A stretch of 64,000 nucleotides of DNA, from the IMG/VR virus record IMGVR_UViG_3300037780_000034, positions 96,001-160,000 of that record; one strand, given 5' to 3'. The translations under genes and the position numbers were made by a program. The stretch's first letter is position 1; each line of letters starts with the position of its first letter. The notes below the pieces were generated by a model. It was not told where the DNA came from. It saw nothing but the letters and a program-made list of their open reading frames with translations, and ran no database searches. Positions 40,684-46,871 of this stretch are shown here, one piece after another. Source of the DNA: a virus (Duplodnaviria > Caudoviricetes).

Positions 40684-40806
40684 CTTTTCTTACAGAACAG
40701 GTGATCCTAGTGTGGAACGGTATATAAATCCCTATCTTATACCAAGGAAAAAAGATTTTAGGGAATCTGGTGCAAATCCTTTCATCACCTTTTCTGTAAG
40801 AAAAAG
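40684..40806 (+). ncRNA. Long-stem ncRNA candidate with T-loop-like GGTGCAAATCC (Y-RNA-like layout)
   Basis: TTTTCTTACAGAA/TTCTGTAAGAAAA and AGGTGA/TCACCT. Confidence 0.45.
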
Positions 40807-40811
40807 TTTAT

Positions 40812-40933
40812 TGCATCGTAGCTCAGAGGTAGAGCAGGTGACTGTGGATGCTAAAGGTCATAGGGTCAGTTCGATTCTGACAGCATCAACCGTAATCACT
40901 TGGTCGCAGGTTCGATCCCTGCCGATGCAGCCA
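40812..40933 (+). tRNA. tRNA-Asn(GTT) interrupted in the anticodon loop by a 47-nt tRNA-minihelix insert (40846-40892)
   Basis: Removing the insert gives GGTGA-CTGTTAA-TCACT; G73 and CCA present. Confidence 0.75.
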
Positions 40934-41014
40934 ATATTTTGTGTAATTTATTGATACAGTTACACAACTTAAAACCCAATCAAATGCGCAGTTTTGGGTC
41001 TGCGCGATATTTAA

Positions 41015-41106
41015 GGAACATTGGCTGAGTGGTCTAAAGCATCGGTTTGCTAAACCGACGAAGGCAAATATGTCTTCCATTGGTTCGAATCCAATATGTT
41101 CCGCCA
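41015..41106 (+). tRNA. tRNA-Ser(GCT)
   Basis: Cloverleaf, long variable arm, CCA. Confidence 0.92.
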
Positions 41107-41125
41107 ATAACGAATATGAAGAATA

Positions 41126-41202
41126 CAGGGTATGGGATAGTCTGGTTAATCTAACGCCCTTGGACGGCGTTGACGGTGGTTCAAATCCACCTACCCTGAC
41201 CA
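41126..41202 (+). tRNA. tRNA-Pro(TGG)
   Basis: ACGCC-CTTGGAC-GGCGT; C1-G72, A73. Confidence 0.92.
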
Positions 41203-41344
41203 TAAATTTCAGAGGGTTAAAACAGCGGATTATGTATGTTTCGTAAAATGAAAACAAAAGTAGTTTAAAATGTAAAGTTTATCTGTAGATAAACCTCTTG
41301 CATTTTTCTACAGAAACCGAAAAAGTCCCTCACTTTAATAACTT

Positions 41345-41420
41345 GCGGGTATAACTCAGTTGGTAGAGTATCTGACTTCCAATCAGAATGTCGTCGGTTC
41401 GAATCCGATTGCCCGCTCCA
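41345..41420 (+). tRNA. tRNA-Gly(TCC)
   Basis: TCTGA-CTTCCAA-TCAGA; U73. Confidence 0.95.
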
Positions 41421-41516
41421 AAATATGTCGGTTCCATTCAGTTGGTTTATTGAAGAACGATACTTCAATTTAGTCTAGTCGTTTAGACAATCGGCTCCAT
41501 TTTTAAACTTTTTTTT

Positions 41517-41645
41517 AGGATCATTTCCGCAATATTTTACTTTGCATCAGAAGCACGTGTTTGCAGGTTCAAGTCCTGCCTCCCCAACCATAATAATTGA
41601 CGGGGAGTAGGCAAATGGTAAAGCCGCGTTAAGTAATATGATCCT
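41517..41645 (+). tRNA. Circularly permuted tRNA (anticodon CAG) in WCMGCAA scaffold
   Basis: 3' part 41544-41590 (ends CCA) precedes 5' part 41601-41629; rejoined stem CGTGC/GCACG. Confidence 0.7.
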
Positions 41646-41756
41646 GTTATATACTACAGGCTAACTTTTGGGGGTTAGCTTGGTGTTACAGAAGTATAGG
41701 AAATCATTCGGAACCAAATAATGCCTATACCATTTTACGGTTCCAGCAAAACACAG

Positions 41757-41785
41757 TTGACAACCGATAGAGAATCAGCTACATT
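41757..41785 (+). promoter_or_regulatory. sigma70-type promoter with GAATC
   Basis: TTGACA-17-TACATT; GAATC at 41772. Confidence 0.7.
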
Positions 41786-41827
41786 ACAGACACTGAAAAT
41801 GAAACCACTAACAAAAGGTGAAACACT

Positions 41828-42280
41828 ATGAAGGGCATTGAAGCCAAATATACTGCTAAAGTAATTGCAAAAATGATCAAACATAATCGTTCAATTGAAC
41901 GCAAACATCAGCGTAAAAGTGAACGTGATTTCTTTGATGATGAAAGCTATGTTATTGCAAACTTTACACATAAAGAAGGAAAGAAACTTTCTTCACAATT
42001 TCGTGCATTTATGATCCATAATGCTTTTAAGAAAAATCGTGGATTTACAAGTGCAGAAGTTGCTTATTTTAACCTTGGTGAAAATTCACTGTCTACTATC
42101 AAAGAGAATAAAGAACTATATTCACGATATATGGATAGGTTTAAACGCCAGCAAAAAGCAATTAACATTGTTCGTCATAAACTTCTTGATCATAATGAAC
42201 GTGAAAGTTTTGAAAACTGGCTTAACACAAATGCAATGAATGAAACTTACTTTGACGAAAATTTCCTTCAACCTGCATAA
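41828..42280 (+). CDS. Hypothetical protein
   Basis: 150-aa ORF behind a promoter. Confidence 0.7.
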   Translation: MKGIEAKYTAKVIAKMIKHNRSIERKHQRKSERDFFDDESYVIANFTHKEGKKLSSQFRAFMIHNAFKKNRGFTSAEVAYFNLGENSLSTIKENKELYSRYMDRFKRQQKAINIVRHKLLDHNERESFENWLNTNAMNETYFDENFLQPA

Positions 42281-42286
42281 TACTGG

Positions 42287-42344
42287 TTGACACTGTTGAA
42301 AATCATTGATATAGTGTCAACAACAACAAAACGCTCTTTGACAA
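42287..42344 (+). promoter_or_regulatory. Internal promoter with second boxA
   Basis: TTGACA-17-TATAGT then CGCTCTTTGACAA at 42332. Confidence 0.65.
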
Positions 42345-42432
42345 TTTAACCATCTTCCCTATGCGAAAGCTATGATGGGATAAAAACAGACTTATTGTGT
42401 AAGATGAAGAATCTGTAAATCGCAATTGGTTG

Positions 42433-42538
42433 TCTGTTTTGAATATGATAGCACCACTTCCGAGTAATCAGATAATAACTGATTATTTCGAGTTAATTAA
42501 TAGTTTGAGCAAACGGATGCTATCATATTCAAAACAGA
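42433..42538 (+). ncRNA. Long-stem ncRNA candidate
   Basis: Perfect 21-bp inverted repeat TCTGTTTTGAATATGATAGCA. Confidence 0.5.
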
Positions 42539-42543
42539 TATAA

Positions 42544-42617
42544 GGCTCTATTGCATTGTGGAATGCAGCGGCTTCTAACCCCGTTTCAAGCAGGTTCGAC
42601 TCCTGTTAGGGCCACCA
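42544..42617 (+). tRNA. Arg-type tRNA body with ambiguous anticodon (CTA in canonical register, TCT in shifted register)
   Basis: GCGGC-TTCTAAC-CCCGT; A20; CCA. Confidence 0.7.
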
Positions 42618-42727
42618 AATAAAACCAAATGGAGAGAAAAATGTTCTAGATTTATATACCACCATAACTTCTATTGATTTAAAGTTTAAAGAAAGACCTT
42701 TACTCAAATATCAATAGGAGAAACAAA

Positions 42728-43108
42728 ATGAGTATTCAATTAAAAATTAAAAATAAACATCTTAGTGAAGAAGCACGAATCATACGTTTTGAAGAAAACA
42801 AAATCAAAAAACACGCTCGTAACGTAAGAGAACGTCAAGGGCACCAAACTGCCGATGATATAATGAAAACTTTTCAGTCACTTAGACATCATCGCAGATG
42901 GGACGTTCGTAACGAAAATCGTGCTACTTTTATTGCCAGAGCCTTCATAGAAGGAAAATCATATAAACAAGTTGAAACCAAACGTAATCCAGAGAATGAA
43001 TATACATTTATAGCGTTTGTGTTGCCAAGAGTGTTGACAATGGTAAACAAGTATGGCAATGTCCAGATAACAAAAGAAGAATTACTCAAATGGTGTAATC
43101 AAGAATAA
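42728..43108 (+). CDS. Hypothetical phage protein
   Basis: LKIKNKHLSEEARIIR...HRRWDVR.E.RA motif. Confidence 0.7.
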   Translation: MSIQLKIKNKHLSEEARIIRFEENKIKKHARNVRERQGHQTADDIMKTFQSLRHHRRWDVRNENRATFIARAFIEGKSYKQVETKRNPENEYTFIAFVLPRVLTMVNKYGNVQITKEELLKWCNQE

Positions 43109-43115
43109 CTAAAAC

Positions 43116-43192
43116 GGAAGCATAGCATAATTGGTTAATGCCCACGTCTCATAAACGTGTTTATCTTGGTTCAAGTCCAAGTGCTTCCACCA
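43116..43192 (+). tRNA. tRNA-Met/Ile2(CAT)
   Basis: CACGT-CTCATAA-ACGTG. Confidence 0.9.
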
Positions 43193-43337
43193 ATATGTTG
43201 AAACTTAATTGTCAGTCTGACGTTTCAATATTAATTAATTAATGACTGGCCAAAGGCTTGATGTGTTAAAAACCTTGTGGTGATGTAATCAAGATAAACC
43301 ACATAAACTCCTTTGTATGAAATGAAATTTCCTCTTT

Positions 43338-43394
43338 AGGATGATTACCGCAAAATTAATAAACTTTTTTTTGGTAAAAGCAGAACATCATCCT
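43338..43394 (+). ncRNA. WCMGCAA-scaffold RNA carrying a bare Gln(TTG)-type anticodon stem-loop
   Basis: AGGATGA/TCATCCT; CTTTT-TTTTGGT-AAAAG. Confidence 0.6.
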
Positions 43395-43407
43395 GATTGT
43401 GTATTGT

Positions 43408-43487
43408 GGGCGAGTGGGCAAATTGGTAAAGTCGGTTCACTCAAAATGAGAGTCATTTTGTCGGTTCGAGTCCGACCTCGCCTACCA
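43408..43487 (+). tRNA. tRNA-Leu(CAA)
   Basis: Loop CTCAAAA, variable arm, CCA. Confidence 0.85.
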
Positions 43488-43572
43488 ATTTTATCTTATG
43501 AGTTAAGATTTGTTTTAATCATTGAAGTCCCTCTACGGGCACCAACAACTATAAACACTAAAATAGAATAAT

Positions 43573-43647
43573 GCGGACATCGTATAAGGTTATTACGCTT
43601 GGCGACCAGCTAAGAAATACAGGTTAGAATCCTGTTGTCCTGCTCCA
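43573..43647 (+). tRNA. Atypical tRNA-Gly-like gene (anticodon ACC, G33, bulged acceptor)
   Basis: CTTGG-CGACCAG-CTAAG; T-loop TTAGAAT. Confidence 0.55.
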
Positions 43648-43655
43648 AATAACTG

Positions 43656-43684
43656 TTGACACTCACCAGAGAATCAACTATAGT
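43656..43684 (+). promoter_or_regulatory. sigma70-type promoter with GAATC
   Basis: TTGACA-17-TATAGT; GAATC at 43671. Confidence 0.75.
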
Positions 43685-43708
43685 AACAGTGTAAGAACTA
43701 ATACTTGT

Positions 43709-43785
43709 GGGCCTGTAGCATAATTGGTTAATGCCCAGTGCTCATAACACTGTCAATCGCGGTTCAAGTCCGTGCGGGCCTACCA
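43709..43785 (+). tRNA. tRNA-Met/Ile2(CAT)
   Basis: CAGTG-CTCATAA-CACTG. Confidence 0.9.
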
Positions 43786-43805
43786 GTATTAGTTTTTGAT
43801 TTTTT

Positions 43806-43863
43806 AGGATGACTTCCGCAAAATTATGCATTTGACCGTTAATCAAAAAAGCAAAATCATCCT
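43806..43863 (+). ncRNA. WCMGCAA-scaffold RNA carrying a bare Asn(GTT) anticodon stem-loop
   Basis: AGGATGA/TCATCCT; TTTGA-CCGTTAA-TCAAA. Confidence 0.6.
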
Positions 43864-43873
43864 GTAATAGAAT

Positions 43874-43967
43874 GGGCGCGTGGCGAAATTGGTTGAAACG
43901 CAAGGCACTTAAAATGCCTCACAGATTAGTGATCACACTGTGGGTTCGAGTCCCACCGCGCCTACCA
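43874..43967 (+). tRNA. tRNA-Leu(TAA)
   Basis: AGGCA-CTTAAAA-TGCCT; long variable arm. Confidence 0.92.
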
Positions 43968-44026
43968 AAATGTAGTAAACACAAAGAAATTTACTTCTAC
44001 TCATAAATAAGTAGAAGGAGAATTAA

Positions 44027-44467
44027 ATGAGTGATTACTTCAAAAATTATATGAACTTAACAAAAGAAAACAGACAAAGACACTTAGATATATCTTCACC
44101 TTGTGAAGAACGTGGTGGGAATAGCACAATATATAGAGGAGTCCTTGCTCAATATTTAAACACTCCTATCCCGATGGGTAGGATAGCAGTTCTGGCTCAC
44201 GCATGTAACAATAATAAATGTTCTAATCCACAGCATTTATATTGGGCGACAGACAGAGAGAATATAGTAGAAGATGGAAAAAAGTTTGGAACTTTTAAGA
44301 GTGTTTGGGAACGAATGGTAGACAAGCACGGTTATGAAGAAGCTTGTAGGCTACAAGCCAACGGTGCCCAATCAAAGGCAGGACAAGGAAACAAAGGTAA
44401 ACGAAAGTCTGAAGAACATAAGCGCAAAATATCCGAATCTTTAAAAATAAAAAATAGAAAAGAATAA
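44027..44467 (+). CDS. HNH homing endonuclease with NUMOD3-like tail
   Basis: HACNNNKCSNPQHLYWAT.REN; KSEEHKRKISES. Confidence 0.75.
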   Translation: MSDYFKNYMNLTKENRQRHLDISSPCEERGGNSTIYRGVLAQYLNTPIPMGRIAVLAHACNNNKCSNPQHLYWATDRENIVEDGKKFGTFKSVWERMVDKHGYEEACRLQANGAQSKAGQGNKGKRKSEEHKRKISESLKIKNRKE

Positions 44468-44538
44468 ATCTTCTAATAATATAAATAATTATAGAAATTT
44501 GCAACCATTATACAACTACCAAAAAGGATTAAAATGTT

Positions 44539-44661
44539 AGGATCATTACCGCAATTTTATTTGCATTTCCAGCCGTAGATGCAGGTGCAATTCCTGCTCA
44601 CCCTACCAATATAAATTATGGGGTGATCGTCTAATAGTAGGACAACGTATAATATGATCCT
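44539..44661 (+). tRNA. Circularly permuted tRNA-Glu(TTC) in WCMGCAA scaffold
   Basis: 3' part 44563-44608, 5' part 44620-44647; rejoined stem ACGGC/GCCGT; Glu-type D arm. Confidence 0.72.
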
Positions 44662-44697
44662 GTTCTTTAAAAAAAAGAAAGTTAATTTAAGTTTTTT

Positions 44698-44815
44698 AGA
44701 TTATGTTCAGCAAACCATATAAATTATATGAAAGCCTATCAACGTTGCCGGAAGGCCCGTATGGCAAACCCAGTTTTCGATTTTCTGGTTCTATAAAAAA
44801 GTAGACACATAATCT
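44698..44815 (+). ncRNA. WCMGCAA-scaffold RNA with long-variable-arm-like and T-arm-like hairpins
   Basis: AGATTATGT/ACATAATCT; TTCAGCAA. Confidence 0.5.
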
Positions 44816-44823
44816 GTAATAAT

Positions 44824-44900
44824 TGCGGGGTAGACTGGAGAGGTACCCAGCACGGTCTCATAAGCCGATCACGGCGGTTCGAATCCGCCCCCCGCAACCA
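44824..44900 (+). tRNA. Initiator-like tRNA-Met(CAT)
   Basis: TGCGGGG/CCCCGCA acceptor; loop CTCATAA. Confidence 0.85.
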
Positions 44901-44985
44901 TTTTTATAAAATGATAATTCCCTTTATTTTTACGAGTTTCCTTTCCGAGTAAAAATATCAAGGTTGAGTTATCATTTTATAAAAA
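44901..44985 (+). ncRNA. Long-stem hairpin ncRNA candidate
   Basis: TTTTTATAAAATGATAATT/AGTTATCATTTTATAAAAA. Confidence 0.45.
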
Positions 44986-45164
44986 TGAGGATATAAATTA
45001 TGGATAAAGAAATACAAGATTTTATAGATTTTTGGAAAGAAAAAGATGTAAAATTACCAAATCCACAAAATTATCCAAAATCTTTTGAATGGTATGTTAC
45101 AATGTGGAAATATCACACAAAATAATATTATAAATACCTATGTAAGTTAACATAGGAGATAATA

Positions 45165-45809
45165 ATGTCATTAATAAGAATTCAACAAATACTAAAAGAT
45201 ATGAACCACGATCCAGGTCCAATTGATGGATTATGGGGAAGCAGAACAAAAGCTGCATTAGAAAGTTTAATACAATGGGAAGGAAAACCAGTAACGGTTA
45301 CTTCCAATTCATCTGATGATGATTTACCTTGGATGATAGAAGGAAAAAAAGTATTTGGGTTTCACGAAGTTAGAAATAATAGTGAATTAAGAAAATGGTT
45401 AAGAAGTGATGGTGCTACTCTTGGTGATCCAAAAGCACTTCCCTGGTGTGGTGATTTTACCGAGACTGCTATAAAAAACTCATTACCAACTGAACCTTTT
45501 ACTGGTAGAATGCTTGAAAATCCATATTGGGCAAGAAATTGGCTTGAATTTGGTCGTGCATCGCCTGCTATATATGGATGCATAGGCGTTTTTAGTAGAG
45601 GCACAGGAGGTCACGTTGGTTTCTTGGTAGGTGAAGATGCAACAGACTATTATGTTTTTGGTGGAAATCAAAGCGATAGTGTTAATATAGTAAGAATAGA
45701 TAAAAAACGTTTACTGGGAACAAGATGGCCATTGACTTACAATATTGTTAATACACCATTACCTAAAAGAGACCCAAAAACTGTAATCAAATCAGTTAAT
45801 GAAATATAA
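45165..45809 (+). CDS. Endolysin-like protein: PG-binding domain plus TIGR02594/NlpC-CHAP-like amidase
   Basis: PGPIDGLWGSRT; PWCG, ARNW, GHVGF, GGNQ; TATAAATA at 45129. Confidence 0.8.
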   Translation: MSLIRIQQILKDMNHDPGPIDGLWGSRTKAALESLIQWEGKPVTVTSNSSDDDLPWMIEGKKVFGFHEVRNNSELRKWLRSDGATLGDPKALPWCGDFTETAIKNSLPTEPFTGRMLENPYWARNWLEFGRASPAIYGCIGVFSRGTGGHVGFLVGEDATDYYVFGGNQSDSVNIVRIDKKRLLGTRWPLTYNIVNTPLPKRDPKTVIKSVNEI

Positions 45810-45818
45810 GGAAAAGTT

Positions 45819-46055
45819 ATGAAAATAGTATTTGCCCAAGGTGCATTTGATGATTTTGATGGAACACAAGAAGAACTTGATAACCTTCTTTCGGAATTAA
45901 AAGAAATGATTGAAAGTGGTTCACTTATGGAAAAAAGTGAACCAGTGGATTTAGACTTATTGCAAGAAGAAAATCCAGAAATATATGAAAAAATTATGAA
46001 GTTTGATAGTTTAGATCAAGATACGTTTGAAAATACTAAAAATAAACTCCATTAA
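45819..46055 (+). CDS. Hypothetical acidic protein
   Basis: FAQGAFDDFDGTQEELD motif. Confidence 0.6.
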   Translation: MKIVFAQGAFDDFDGTQEELDNLLSELKEMIESGSLMEKSEPVDLDLLQEENPEIYEKIMKFDSLDQDTFENTKNKLH

Positions 46056-46059
46056 TTTT

Positions 46060-46138
46060 GGCCCCATCGTCTACGCTGGTGTTAGGATACTCGGCTTTCA
46101 TCCGAGAGAAGTCGGTTCAATTCCGTCTGGGGCTACCA
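46060..46138 (+). tRNA. tRNA-Glu(TTC)
   Basis: CTCGG-CTTTCAT-CCGAG. Confidence 0.9.
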
Positions 46139-46145
46139 AAATAAT

Positions 46146-46231
46146 GTGTCGGTGGGTGAGCGGTTTAAACCACCTGACTGTAAATCAGGCGCTGAAAAGC
46201 AACGCTAGTTCGAATCTAGCCCGACACACCA
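46146..46231 (+). tRNA. tRNA-Tyr(GTA)
   Basis: CCTGA-CTGTAAA-TCAGG; variable arm. Confidence 0.92.
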
Positions 46232-46273
46232 AATATTATGAGTGCAAAGTTACAAGCACTCAAAACAAATCTT

Positions 46274-46350
46274 GTGCGTGTGTAGCTGAATGGTTAAGCG
46301 CAGGATTGCAAATCCTGATTATGTTGGTTCGAGTCCAATCACGCACTCCA
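46274..46350 (+). tRNA. tRNA-Cys(GCA)
   Basis: CAGGA-TTGCAAA-TCCTG; U73. Confidence 0.88.
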
Positions 46351-46389
46351 ATATAGTCTACTCTAATAAATAATAAAAAAGGTAAAAAA

Positions 46390-46560
46390 ATGGAAATATC
46401 TGATAGGATTGAATCTTTAAAAGCAAAACATCGTGAACTTGATAGTAGGATTGAAGTTCTGTATGCTGAAAGAGTAGACGAAAAGTATATAACTTCTCTA
46501 AAAAAAGAAAAGTTAAAGATAAAAGAAGAAATTACTAAGTTACAAAATAGCTTAGTATAA
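46390..46560 (+). CDS. DUF465/YdcH-like small coiled-coil protein (not in ORF track)
   Basis: MEISDRIESLKAKHRELD...LKKEKLKIKEEI. Confidence 0.65.
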   Translation: MEISDRIESLKAKHRELDSRIEVLYAERVDEKYITSLKKEKLKIKEEITKLQNSLV

Positions 46561-46568
46561 AATAATTT

Positions 46569-46652
46569 AGGAATATTTCAGCAAATTTATCTTGGATAAA
46601 ACATTGTTCTCAAAAACAAAGTGAAGTGGTTCAAATCCACATCAATATTCCT
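46569..46652 (+). ncRNA. WCMGCAA-scaffold tRNA mimic (D-like, anticodon-like and T arms; no CCA)
   Basis: AGGAATAT/ATATTCCT; TTGTT-CTCAAA-AACAA; GTGG-TTCAAAT-CCAC. Confidence 0.55.
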
Positions 46653-46663
46653 GACTAATATCT

Positions 46664-46773
46664 TGGAACATTACCGCAACTATAACATAAACAATGGGTT
46701 ACAGGTTCAAATCCTGTCTTTTACAGTTTGTAAAAGTAGTTCAATGGTAGAACAATTGTCAAAAAATGTTCCA
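46664..46773 (+). tRNA. Degenerate circularly permuted tRNA (anticodon CAT) in WCMGCAA scaffold
   Basis: 3' part ~46684-46725, 5-nt linker, 5' part 46730-46759; GTAAAAG/CTTTTAC acceptor; no encoded CCA. Confidence 0.6.
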
Positions 46774-46782
46774 GTATTTTAT

Positions 46783-46856
46783 GGGGGATTAGTTCAATGG
46801 TAGAACAGGTGCTTTACGCGCATCATACAGCAGTTCGATTCTGTTATCCCCTACCA
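46783..46856 (+). tRNA. tRNA-Val(TAC)
   Basis: GGTGC-TTTACGC-GCATC. Confidence 0.9.
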
Positions 46857-46871
46857 ATATTAGGAAAAAAT

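Noticed and set aside
41544-41556. Reading the first permuted tRNA as CAT (initiator)
   Set aside because: C1:A72 suggested fMet, but only the CAG register gives a perfect 5-bp stem with U33/A37 and the same 29|30 break as the other two.
42544-42617. Genome-wide TAG recoding
   Set aside because: Conserved enzymes are intact in code 11, and several genes end at TAG at their expected C-termini.
43338-43863. Scaffold as an HDV-like (theta) ribozyme
   Set aside because: A P2-like stem and a C-containing linker fit loosely, but I could not find convincing P1, P3 or P1.1 pairings. An in vitro cleavage test would settle it.
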